This document shows, piece by piece, positions 24,607 to 37,900 of a DNA stretch of 64,000 bases (positions are counted from its first letter, which is position 1; each line of letters starts with the position of its first letter). The DNA is taken from assembly GCF_009914755.1 (NCBI RefSeq), contig NC_060938.1. The stretch is one strand, 5' to 3'. The notes beneath the pieces were generated by a model. It did no database searches. It had not been told where the DNA came from and saw only the letters and a list, made by a program, of their open reading frames with translations. The position numbers and the translations under genes are program-made. The DNA is from the human T2T-CHM13v2.0 reference genome, Homo sapiens.

Positions 24607-27600
24607 ATTGTTATTACATATTTTTGACATAAATATTTTTTCTAAATGTTCCATATGCGTTTATATAGTTCTTATTATAAAAAACACTGAATGATATTGC
24701 GTAAAATGATTAAGACCCTGTTTTTTTTGTTTGGACTATGTAAAAACTAAAATTAAATTTGGGCTCTAAAAGAAATTTGGTCATCAATACTTCCAATAAA
24801 TGTAGTCAGATTCCATATAAATTTTAATTATATATTAATAAAGTTTTTAATTGCCTAAATATTAGCGGGGATTTATAAATTAAAGCAGAAGTTTTTTTGA
24901 AAAGGTTTCTGTGACATTCAAGTAACAGAATACTCACAAGAAATTAAAGTTTAAAATGCATTTTGAATCTCTCATTGAATTTACCGAATATCAATATGGA
25001 GTCTTGCTAAATTATCTGCCACTAGGAACTCAGCATAAACTACATAAATTAGGGTGATATAATATGCTGCCATGGCAATTGAAAAGCTTATATTGTGCAG
25101 CTGAATTTTTAAATTGAAATTATGAGACATCAATCATTTTTATTTTTACATAGTGGTTGGTAGAATTCTGAGATTTCATATTTATTTATGTACATGTTAA
25201 AAGGTATTTTTTAAATTTTGATTAAGTAAATGCCCCATAAATCATAGAATAGTTTATTAAATATTAAGAATTATCATTGGTTAAATTTAGAACCATATTA
25301 CATGCATGTATTACAATTTATATTTTCAAGCATATGGCTATCTATAGAAGTAAAGAGAAATGACTACTTCTCAATTACTTGAGATTTGTTATCACATTTA
25401 ATTTTATTAGCAAGGTCATGCATTATCACTACCTTTATTGCACAGACGTGAGTGGGTATGACATTGGGCCAAATTCAGACAATTAGTAAGTTTAGGAATT
25501 CTGCTTTAAATTTACATATGTTTGATTCCAGGCTCAAATTATTAACACAGTACCATCAATTACAATAGGTTCCCTGGAAGTTCTATTGTATAGTCATATA
25601 TTCGAAAAGTTATACAAGGTAATATTATGATTTGTTCTGATAAACCTGTTACAAATAAGTAACATGCCAGCTTAGTATTAAAAATGTTGAATATAATTTT
25701 TAAGTAAAGCATTAATGTATTTTGCAAATGTAGATTCATATAGTAGATTCACTTATGGAAGACCATGCCTGCCTCCTTCACAAAATCTATGCTGTGTTCT
25801 CAGCTTTACCACTTAGCATTTATCATAGGCAATATAATATGTACATATACATTATACTATTTATAATGTATATTATGTTTATATATACTGTTAAATTAGA
25901 TAAGTACATTTATTATGGGGATGTTTAGAAAATTAGGGGCATTAAATATATGGCCACATAAGATACACGTAAATTACTCTTTAAAATGCTTGCCACAAAG
26001 TAAGCCGTGATAGACATAAATATTATTTACAGCAACACATGCTATCAAATGTTTTGTAATGTGTATATAAACAGTTAATACATGAGTTTGTGGATTTTCT
26101 ATAAGAAATGTTTGATATATTATTTCACTAATGTGATTTGACATAAGAATTCTCTTTAATTATTTACACAGACTCATTGGGAAAAATGGAGTAATTAAAA
26201 TAATGAATCACACCATCTTACAAGCAACAATTTAGCTGTAATCACAGTAGTAGATGCAACCTAATGAATAAGAAAAATGAATTTTACAATGCAAATTTTT
26301 CTTTATACAATACAATAAATGTCCTACACTCAGCTACCTAACCATTTTATATTATCTACTAAGAACATCTTATATATTATTTTACATTAACTAATCACAG
26401 AATCATGTACCATATTTGTAAGGTCTAACTCCAAGAAAACAGATGAAATATTTTGGTTCTGACTCTGCTAACAGCAGGATCTATCTATCATCCCATTTTC
26501 TGTGAGAGAGCAGGAGGGCTACTCCATAAAATAATAGGCAGAGTTTTGGTAAAAGATTATGATGTACAGATAAAAATAATCAAAAAAAAAAAAAGACCAG
26601 AAGATGTTTAGACCAAATTCTTTTTATCAGAAATAGAAGACAGAAAACAGCTTAAGACTAAGGAATCAGTTACTTATTTGTCTCTATATATTGTTGTTGC
26701 ATATACCATCACTCTTCATATATAATTCCAAGGTCTCAGCAATCAAGATTAATGAAGGCTTCCATTTCTACCAAGAGAATCATTATTAAAACTTTACCAA
26801 AAATATTTTCTTTTCATATTGAAAAAGAGAAAGCACATTTTACCTATTCATTTTCCTGGTTAAGTTCTTTATGATTATGTTGAAAATGATTGGAGATGGG
26901 TTGCTGAAGATAAATGAAACATGAACACGGTGAACTCTTCTTCCTTTTCAACAGTGAGATATATTTCACAATCTGTTCTATAGAAAAAATGCACAGTATT
27001 ACAGATACTATGATTTGATTATTTTACTTTCTGTTGTTAGAAGATTGCAATTAAAATCAGAATGTCTTTTATCATTATATAGAATCTATGTTTTCAAGGC
27101 TAGTTTAAATAGAAGGGATAATAGAATTACAGAAATGGCCAAAAACTTTTTCCTTCATTTTGTGCTACCTTATTTCCTTTGTTGATGTTATGACATTAAG
27201 TTCAATGTTTGTTTATTATCCTTTACCTCTAGTTTCTCAACACTTACTTATAAGTTAATGTTTTACTATTCATATACTCTCAGACTTGCTTTGAGGCCCT
27301 TATCCACTTCCACACTGATAACAGCATAATCTATCACGCATCTAATTTGCTTCCATTTAATTTTCTTTTTCATTTTGCCTGTAATTATTTGCATTAAAAG
27401 TTTAAATCTCCATGTCCTTTGATTCTAATGCAATCCCAACTTAAATTTTGAAAATTACACATACACACATGCACACACATGTGTGTCTGCGTGTCAAGGT
27501 TGCTTTTATTTGAAAGAAATAGTTGAAGCCAGAGAATTTAAATTTTACCATTAAATAGCAATTAATTACTTCAACAAATTATACGTAACTTGTTTTATAC

Positions 27601-27749
27601 TATTTGTATACTGAGAGTACTTTGTTAGATAATTAGAGGGAAACTCTAAAGTACAGGGAAAATTAAAAGCCACATAGATTTTGGAATAAGATAAACCTGG
27701 CTTTGAATATCAGATTTGAAAATATATCTATAATTTGGACACTTTAAAG

Positions 27750-28820
27750 CACCTTCCCTATTACTGCTATGCTACAAAACCCAATAATCTTAATCCTGAT
27801 TATTACAACTGCTGCTTATAGCTCTCCCTGCTTCAACTCCTGTCCACTTAGGTCAGTGCTATAATTTGAATGTGCACACCAAAATGCAAAATGTTTCATT
27901 TGGAAGTACGAGTCTTCCAAATGCAAGCTTTGAAACTTAATGGCCAATGTGATGGTATTAAGAGGCAGGAGCTTTTAAAAGATAATTGAGTTACAAGGGT
28001 TCCTCCCCTCATGAATGGAATTAAGGGCCTTATAAAAGATACTTTATGCAGCATTGGGTTTGCTGGCCCCTTCTGCCTTCCACCACGTGTGGACACAGCA
28101 TTCCTCCTTTCAGGAAAATGCAGCATCAAAGTGCCATCTTGGAAGCATAGAACAGCGCTCAGCAGACAACTGAACATTCAGGCACCTTCATCTTGGGCTT
28201 TCCAGCCTCTAGAACTGAGAGAAAATGAATGTATCTTCTTTGTAAATTACTCAGTCCTTTGTGTTTTCTTAAAGCAGTACAAACTAAGACAGTCAGTTTT
28301 CATCACTGCATCCAGAATGATCATTTTCAGATATTTTTCCTCCTCTGTCAAAAACACTACAATGGGGATTTCTCTCACAGTAAATGCCAGAATCCTTAAT
28401 ATGGTTAATAAACGTACTACAAGTTGTGCTTGCTTCACCCTACCCTTAATTCTTCTTTTATCTCATCCCTTACTACTTTCTTCCTCAGTCTCCATCAGAT
28501 TCCTTCACCTCCTGCAGTCTTTCCTCAAAAGACACCATTTAACAGAACATCCTCAAGCTACACTAACTTAATTATAATTAACCCCAAATACTTTCTATGC
28601 TATTTTTCTGCTTTATTTTCTCTTACAGCTTATCAGCATCTATAATATTACATATTTTACTTATCAAGTTTTTTCTGTATATGGCCAGTGGATCATAAGT
28701 CACATAAATTTTTCTTATGTTTTGTTTTGTTTCATTTTTATTTGCTATATCGTGCATTCTGGGATGTTGGCTAACACCAGTGAGCATTCAAAAATAATAA
28801 TTTACTAAAAGAATCAATTA
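27750..28820 (+). mobile_element. L2 remnant interrupted by an MSTD
   Basis: cctgattattacaactgc..ctccctgcttc before, and cactgcatccagaatgatcatttt after, the LTR. Confidence 0.5.
27857..28291 (+). mobile_element. MSTD-like MaLR solo LTR
   Basis: tgctataatttgaatgt..gtgccatcttggaagca..actaagaca; perfect TSD GTCAG at 27852-27856 and 28292-28296. Confidence 0.82.
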
Positions 28821-29898
28821 ATTGCAATGCTGTTAATTCTAACATATTCGACACAAAAATCTCAGTAAGCTGAGTATCAGTACCATTATTCTTTGAAAGA
28901 CTATAGCATTATAACAATCACAATTTTGCTGAGAATAAGTGTAATTTGCCAAGGTCTTACTGTAAATAATTGTTGTGTTAGAAGGATTTATTACTATCAG
29001 TGGCTATTATTATGTTACTACTCCTAATTATTATATTACTGTTGCTAATTATTTTAATAACCTAGATAAATGTAGTTACCTTATTGCTTGAACCCATTAC
29101 AGAAAAGTAATACCCTTGAAAGAAATACAAAAATCTGATTTTTAAAGTATGTCACCCTCTTGTAAAAATCTAGAAAACTGTACAACTGAAGATGACATTT
29201 TTTCAAACACTGAACATCAGTCAGCAAAAGACTGTAATCTGTCTCTGATAGAGGGAAAACAAATGAGGTGAGACCTAGGAAAGCCCCGCTTTATGCCCAG
29301 AAACTGTTTCCAGACTACAAAGCAGGAAGGTGAGATCAGACAGAGCCTAGCAGTCTTGTTGAGTTGAAAAGACAAAGAACAGATTTATTGGAGGCAGACT
29401 CAACAAGAATGTTCAGAGCAAAGAGCTAGAAAAGAGAAATGTGCACACACAGAGCTTCAGAAATCAGTAAAGCATCCTCTTGAGTCTCTGGCTGAATGTC
29501 ATTCTGTATATACATAGGGTGAAATCCTGTAAAGTCAGGCAAAGAACATATGCCCCCAAAATAATAATTACTGGAAAACTACAGACCAAATAATTTCTAG
29601 AACTCCTAGAGGCTTGTGAATCACTCAAGCTCAAACCAGCCAGAGGGGAAAAAACTTCATAAACATTTAAGCCATTCATTATACACCAGAAATCTTCATC
29701 CCTTAGTAGCAGCGTATAGCTAGCTCTGGACTCTGGATTTTACTCCAGAACAGCACTAAAACATAACAGAAACAAGCTTCAAAAGGTTCAAGCTGATATG
29801 TAAATAACTGACCTGTCTGCCATAGCAAAGTTAAATGCACTTTAAAAATTATTTTAATTCAGCTTTTGAAAATATAAAGTTAATAATATTCCCTAAAC

Positions 29899-30197
29899 CA
29901 GTGGTCCCCAAACTTTTTGGCACCAGGGATGGGGGTGTGACCAAGAACAATTTGGGGATGAAACTGTTCCACCTTAGATTATCAGGCATTAGATTCTCAT
30001 AAGGAGCATGCAAACTACATTCCTAGCATGCACAGTTCACATTAGGATTTGAGCTCCTGTGAGAATCTAATGCTGTCACTGATCTGACAGGAGGCAAAAC
30101 TCAGGCAGTAATGCTCTTGGGTCATCTCTTGTGTGGCCTGGTTCCTAACAGGCCAAGGACCAACAACAGTCTGTGGCCTTAGGATTGGTGACTCCCG
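29899..30197 (+). mobile_element. MER1B (hAT-Charlie)
   Basis: cagtggtccccaaactttttggcaccaggga..attagattctcataaggagc; 8 bp TSD ccctaaac / ctctaaac. Confidence 0.85.
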
Positions 30198-30429
30198 CTC
30201 TAAACAACAATATTTCCAAAACAGGCAAAAAGCAGGAAAATATTATTCACAAAATGGAGAAAAATAGCCAACAGAAACATTGGTTCAGGACCATAAAGAT
30301 TATAAATATGTACAATAATCCAAAAATAAGTGAAAATAAGGAAAGAAATGCAAACTATAGAAAAATCCAGAATATCTGAAATAAATATTTTACTGGATAG
30401 GATTATCAGTAGAGTGGACACAGTAAAAA

Positions 30430-31808
30430 TGTGTCCAGAATTGGTGGGTTCTTGGTCTCACTGACTTCAAGAATGAAGCCGCAGACCCTCGCGGTGAGTG
30501 TTACAGCTCTTAAGGTGGCACGTCTGGAGTTTGTTCGTACCTCCCGGTGGGCTCGTAGTCTCGCTGGCTTCAGGAGTGAAGCTGAAGATCTTCGCGGTGG
30601 GTGTTACAGCTCATAAAAGCAGTGTGGACCCAAAGAGTGAGCAGTAGCAAGATTTATTGCAAAGAGCAAAAGAACAAAGCTTCCACAGTGTGGAAGGGGA
30701 CCCCAGCGGGTTGCCAATGCTGGCTTAGGCGGCCTGCTTTTATTCTCTTATCTGGCCCCACCCACATCCTGCTGATTGGTAGAGCTGAGTGGCCTGTTTT
30801 GACAGGGCGCTGATGGTGCGTTTACAATCCCTGAGCTAGATACAAAGGTTCTCCGAGACCCCATCAGATTAGTTAGATACAGAGTTTTGACACACAGGTT
30901 CTCCAAGGCCCCACCACAGCAGCTAGATACAGAGTGCCGATTGGTGTATTTACAATCCTTGAGCTAGACAATAAAGGTTCTCCAAGGCCCCCGCAGAGCA
31001 GCTACATACAGAGTGTCGATTGGTGCACTCACAAACCTTGAGCTAAACACAGGGTGCTGATTGGTGTGTTTACAAACCTTGAGCTAGATACAGAGTGCCC
31101 ATTGGTGTATTTACAATCCCTGAGCTAGACATAAAGGTTCTCCAAGGCCCCACCAGACTCAGGAGCCCAGCTGGCTTCACCCAGTGGATCCGGCACCGGG
31201 GCTGCAGGTGGAGCTGCCTGCCAGTCCCGGTGCCGTGCGGCCGCACTCCTCAGCCCTTGGGCAGTGGATGGGCGATGGGACTGGGCGCCATGGAGCAGGG
31301 GGCGGCGCTCCTCGGGGAGGCTCGGGCTGCACAGGAACCCACGGAGGCGGGGGAAGTCTCAGGCATGGCAGGCTGCAGTCCCGAGGCCTGCCCCGCGGGA
31401 AGGCAGCTAAGGCTCTCGAGAAATCGAGCGCAGCGCCGGTGGGCTGGCACTGCTGGGGGACCCAGTATACCCTCCGCAGCCGCTGGCCCGGGTGCTAAGT
31501 CCCTCATTGCCCTGGCCGGCCGCGCCGCCGGCTGCTCTGAGTGCGGGACCCGCCAAGCCCACGCCCACCCGGAACTCCAGCTGGCCCACAAGTGCCGCAC
31601 GCAGACCCGCCTCTGGCTAGTGCCTCTCCCTCCACACCTCCCCGCAAGCTGAGGGAGTGGGCTCCGGCCTTGGCCAGCCCAGAAAAGGGCTCACACAGTG
31701 CAGCGGTGGGCTGAAGGGCTCCTTAAGTGCCACCAAAGTAGGAGCCCAGGCAGAGGAGGCGCTGAGAGCAAGCGAGGGCTGTGAGGACTGCCAGCACGCT
31801 GCCTCTCA
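30430..31808 (-). mobile_element. LTR12C (ERV9) solo LTR
   Basis: tgtgtccagaattggtgggttcttggtctc ... gactgccagcacgctgcctctca; tandem gagctagatacagagtg..gattgg repeats; CpG-rich U3; flanks aaaa / aaag. Confidence 0.93.
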
Positions 31809-32549
31809 AAAGTAAGTATCAGTGAACTTCAAGATATATCAATAGAAATTATCCAAATTAATCACAAAGAAGAAAAGACTGAAAATATAATTAACTGCAT
31901 TAGTGAGCTTTGGGAAAATATTAAGTGTTCTAATGCATGTATAATAGGAAGGATTGACGAGGAACTAACATATTTGCAGAAGTAATGGCAAAAATGTTTT
32001 CAAATTAGATGAACACTACAAATCTGTAATTCCAGTTTAGTCTGTGAATCCCAAGGTAGATAAACATACTTTTTCTAGTGCAGTTCTGGAGTAAAATCTA
32101 TATTCTAGAGTTATTTTTACTCTACTATTAAGGAGTGAACCTTTCTGGTGTGTAGTGAATAGCCTAAATGTTTATGAAGTTGTTCCACTCCGGCAGGTAT
32201 AAGCTTGAATGATTGACAAGCCTCTAAGAGTTGTAGGAATTGTTTGGTTCATGATTTTCCAGTAATTATTCTTTTTAGGTATTTTTTTCTTTGCCTGACC
32301 TCATGGAGTTTCACCCTGTGGAACATAAATACACTATAATATATTTTCAGGAAATCAGTGATAAAGATAATATTTTTTATAACAGAAAAATTATAAATAC
32401 ATATTATGTGCAGAAAATCAAAGATAAGAAATACTCTCATCAGAAACAATGCTGCTGTGTCCAGAAAATAATAGAATGTCATATTTAACATAGGGATTAA
32501 AGAAAAAGTCAGAGTTTGTCTAGAGTTCTGTGGTTTCAAAAACTGTTGT

Positions 32550-33090
32550 ACCAACATACAAAATACTACTTAGCAGTAAAAAGGAACCAACCAAAAAAGT
32601 AGATGAAACTCAAGGGAATTAGGGTAAGTGACAAAAGTTAATTCCAAATTAATACATACTGTGTGATGCCATTTATATATTATTAATTAAACATCATTAT
32701 TATAGACAAGTAGAAAAAATCCATGGTTGCCATGAGTTAAAGATGGAGTGGGTAGGAATAACTATAAAAAGATAATATAGTTTTTTGAGGATGGTTAATT
32801 TCTTTTCTTTAATGTGGTGGTAGTTACATGAAGCTGCACATATAAAGCAATTTACAGAACTACATACAAACACACACATATACAGAAGACACACAAGTGA
32901 GTGCATCTGTAACTAGTGAAATTTGAAAACACTCTATAGATTATGCCAATATCCTTTTCCTGTTTTTGATATTGTACAATCGATTTGCAAAATGTTAATA
33001 CTGGAGGAGGCTGGGTGAAGAAGCGTGGAGGTTTGCTGCACATTTCTTTGCTAATTCCTTTGAATCTGTATTATTTCAAAATTAAAAGGT
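32550..33090 (+). mobile_element. L1MD/L1MC-type 3'UTR fragment
   Basis: tactacttagcagtaaaaaggaac..ctcaagggaatta..ttgaatctgtattatttcaaaattaaaag. Confidence 0.6.
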
Positions 33091-33663
33091 TTTTGTTAAT
33101 AAGGCTCACCAAGAGAAACGGGGAAAAGTCTGTGTAGGTTTCTATAGCCCCTCAAAATAGCTTTCAAAATAAGGAAAAAAAATGGCAATATTACATAAAC
33201 AAAAGTTGATAGGACTTACTTCCACCAGACTTGTGCTATAAGAAATGTTAAAGATGTTAAAGGAAGTAATTTAGCCCAAAGAGAATAATATCAAATGAAA
33301 TTATGTATTTAAGAAATAAAGAGCTCCAAATGTAGAAAATATGTAAGTAATTATAAAAGATGCTTGCTCATTTTTAATCTCTTTAAAACATATCTAACTG
33401 TTAAAGGCAAATATAATGAAGTGGAATTTATATCATAGTTGTAAAAAAATTATGTCAACGTTAGTACAAAGACATGAGCATACAAAAGATGTATCCTGTG
33501 CTAAGGTTCTCATGACTTAAACGATGCATAAATGGTGTGGTAAAATATTAGTTGGAGGTAGGCTATTATGTTAAGAATCTTAGTGGCACATGGTAAACCC
33601 TAGAGCAACTACTAATAAATAAAATAAAAAATATAGCTAGTAAACCATATGCTTGGCAATTAA

Positions 33664-34061
<398 letters not shown>

Positions 34062-34077
34062 TAATATATATTTATTA

Positions 34078-34196
34078 TATGCCTGAAATATTCTAAAGTA
34101 TGCCTGAAATATGCCTGAAATATTCTGAATATGCCTGAAATATGCCTGAAATATGCCTGAAATATTCAGAAAATATGCCTGAAATATTCTAAAGTA
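34078..34196. repeat. Minisatellite, unit TATGCCTGAAA, 7 perfect copies with spacers
   Basis: Copies start at 34078, 34099, 34110, 34130, 34141, 34152, 34174. Confidence 0.9.
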
Positions 34197-34610
34197 CCTG
34201 GATATAAAATAATACATTTCTCAATGACAGATAAGGTAAAATAAAATTTCTAAAATATTTTAAGTTGAATAGAAATAAAAACATAACATTTGAAATTTGG
34301 GGTATGCACATAAAGCAGTATTTATAGGAAAATATATATGTTTAACTATATATTTAAAAAAAATAAGGCAGTCTAAGATAAATTATCTAATATTCAACCT
34401 TAAGGTAGAGTGAAAGAAAAATAATTCAACTCAAAATAAGTAGGAAAAAGAATGCCATAAAATAGAATATAGACAATAGAAAAATTGTTAAAACAAAAGG
34501 TGGTTCTTTGAAAAGATCACTAAAACTAACATATTTTGTTATAATGATTAATTAAAACAGGTGACACAAATTAAAATATCAGGAATGACAGAAGAATCAA
34601 CACTATTATT

Positions 34611-34912
34611 GGCCAGGCGCAGTGGCTCACGCCTGTAATCCCAGCACTTTGGGAGGCCGAGGCGGGCGTATCACCTGAGGTCAGGAGTTCGAGAGCAGCC
34701 TGGCCAACACTGTGAAACCCTTCTCTACTAAAAATACAAAAATAAGCGTGATGGTGGGTACCTGTAATGCCAGCTACTAGGCAGGCTGAGGCTGGAGAAT
34801 TGCTTGAATCCAGGAGCCGGAGCTTGCAGTGAGTGGAGATTGCCCCATTGCACTCCTGGCTGGGCGACAAGAGCAAAACTTCATCTCAAAAAAAAAAAAA
34901 AAAAAAAAAAAA
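34611..34912 (+). mobile_element. AluSq-like
   Basis: Full dimer, gggcgacaagagc; TSD aagaatcaacactattatt / aagaatcaatgctgttatt. Confidence 0.9.
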
Positions 34913-37900
34913 AAGAATCAATGCTGTTATTTTAACAGAAAATTCAAATAACTAAGGAACATTTAAACATATTTTTTCCAGTAAATTTAACAGTTTTGAC
35001 AAATATAGGTAAATTCCTTGAAAATTATACACTACCAATATTGATTCAAGAATTAATACAAAATTTGGCTAATCCTGTATCTATTAATGAGATTTAATTT
35101 GTATTTATTCATCCCTCAAAAAAATTTTAGACACAGATTACTTTGTTGGTGATGTCTTTCAAATTTTTAAGGAAATCATGATACCAAACATATGCAAACT
35201 CAAAAAAAAACATTCTATATTTATTTCATAAAGTCAGCATTACCCTGATTACAAAACCAGACTGAATCCAAAATAGAGCAAAACAAAATACAACAAAATG
35301 AATGATGCTAAAATAATTCAACATTATAATAAGTGAACCTCAATTTTACTTGAAACATTAAACAAAAACTAATCACAGAATCTTACCTCAATTCATAAAA
35401 CTTCCAGAAGAAAGGAAAAATTAAAATCTTTTTGACCTTTGGATAGACAAAATTTCTCACATTTGTCATATGTAACATCAAACATTTTGTGATAAACTTA
35501 AATTCATCAGAAATATAATACAAGTATGTTCTTTTGAAAGACATAATTAAGAACATGAAAAACAAGTCACAGTCTAAAATATTTGAAATGTGTATATTTT
35601 TAAAAGTTCCATTTACTGAAAGCATAACTAATTATAAGAAGGCAAATGATGCATTTTTAAACAGACAAACATTTGAACAGACATTTAAAGTGGAAGTTAT
35701 ACAAATGGTCCAAAGCTACATGATGCTAAAGACACTGAGACACGTTATTGCTATTCATATAAATGCCAATCAGTTAATTGGCCACTTAATGTGTAATGAA
35801 ATGCCAACTAATGTGTAATGAAACATCATTACACATTATTTGGAATAGCTAAAACTGGAAAAAAAATCTGACCATATAAAGTATTGGTGAAGATATACTG
35901 CAACTGGAATTCTTATGGTACAAATATTTTGGAAGATGGTTTAACAGTTTATTATAAAGTTGAACATAAATTTACCATGTAGCCCAGCAACTGCACTCAT
36001 AGGTATTTGCCCAAGAGAAATGAAAACCTATGACTACATGAAAACTTGAACATGAAAGATCATAAAAGATTCATAATGGACAGAAACTAGGGGAAAAAAT
36101 CAATGTTTGGAAGAAAAATTAATAGAAAAATTGTGGTATAACCATAATGGAGATACTACTTCACAATTAAAAATTAATGAACTATTTTCTCCATCTTTAT
36201 TTTTATTAGTGAAAAAATAAAAACAGTAAAGAGAAAGTGAACTGTTGATATACATGAAAACATATGAATCTCAAAATCATTAAGATGGGTAAAGAAGGAA
36301 AAAGGAGTATAATTTAATCCAAATAAAATTTTGTGAATGGCAAAGCTAACTTAACAGTGATAGAAAGCAAATCACTGTTTTGCTATAGTTGGCGTATGGT
36401 GTTGGGGATATGGTTACAGAGGTCTGTTAGTGTTATGGAATTTATTGTAAATTAGCTTCACAATCTTTTTGAGTGATTGATGGAAATATCCTGTATCTTG
36501 ACTTTGGCTCTAGTCGTGTGGGTATATATATTTGTAAAAAGTTATTGAACTGTACTTTTAAACTCTGCATAAATTGTATTGTGCGTAAATTACATCTGAA
36601 ATAATTGATAAACATTCTAAGAATTTTCTGAAGATCTCCTGTGGATTCTGACAAATTTACAGCATAATGAAAAGTAAATCTTGCCAGAAAGTTTCTCTTC
36701 TAACTGTTCTGAAATTACTATTCTTTCTGACATTGTTTTCCAAATCATTTATTTCCTCTAAAGTTTTTTCAGAAACCCATTATCTTTATTATTCGCCACC
36801 TCACTCTAACCTCAGCCTCAACTTGTTCATAAACTTAAATTTTTTATTATCTAAAGTAAACTCGTACTTCTTAGATTTCTTCCAGTAGTCAAGAGGCACA
36901 AAAAATAGGATTAAAGATAGAGAGGAAGGGAGAGAGGGTAACAGAGGGAAGAAGAGAGAGACAGGAAGATAAAAGAGCTTACAATTTAATACTTAACTTT
37001 CCAATAACTATCATTGTGTTTTTATTATTATTCTTATTTAAGATGTAGCGTATATTAATTCTCTACTAACACAAGTTATAAATACATCAGAAACATGGCT
37101 AGGCAATACATCATTGTCCTAATTTTGAGGTATTATTGCTTTTTCCTTTTGTTCTACAACTTGGGTTTTCTTGGGGTGTGGGAAATACTTCATTTATCTT
37201 CATCTTACTAAAACTTATTACCAGTAAGTAAATAATAAATGTTTGTTGCCCTTGAAATTATTTCAAGAGTCTTCACCATCCTCTTCTCCTCCTGCTGCCT
37301 CTGACACACAGCTGGAAATACTTTTGCTTAACGTATCACTTGCAACTTTATTATAGCACTAATCAAGGCTGCCTTATTAAAGTGTCCATCTGGTAAATGA
37401 TAAGTTGGAATAGTTTAAATCAACGTATCATGGTTATGGGTTGGTTTGAAGCTAAGGCTTAAATATACCAATAACACAAATCTTGTCACATATTCCGATT
37501 TTCATGGACAAAGGGAATGAATCTTACCCTACTCTTCTCTGCTTCTTAAATATGTATAAATAAGTCTGAGGAGTCTAATGGACTCTGAAGTCCACAATGG
37601 AAAGATGGTTGAATGGAGGAATAATAGGTTTCATAAAGGAAAAAAAAATCACTTATATTGAGAACTCTTGCATGGATCAGACTTAGCAAAAGTGTGAGAG
37701 AAAGATTCTACCTGATTATGGGCACTTACCTGCTCAAGGAGCTCTCTCTGTAGTGAAACCAAGAATCCTTTACTAGTGATTGAATAAACTCTGTTGAACA
37801 ACTCTGCATTCAGTGGCCATAAGAAGAAATGATAGACTTACTGGCAGAGCAAACAACTTAAGCATTGACTACATGTGCAAAATACATTATCATCAAGAAG

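Noticed and set aside
28011-28571. 186 aa ORF
   Set aside because: Runs across MSTD and L2 remnants with no domain resemblance.
31095-31652. Overlapping 104-185 aa GC-rich ORFs and CpG island as a gene start
   Set aside because: All lie inside the LTR12C U3, where high GC depletes stop codons.
34078-34196. Repeat-spacer pattern resembling a CRISPR array
   Set aside because: Primate DNA, 11 bp units, spacers derived from the same seed, no cas genes.
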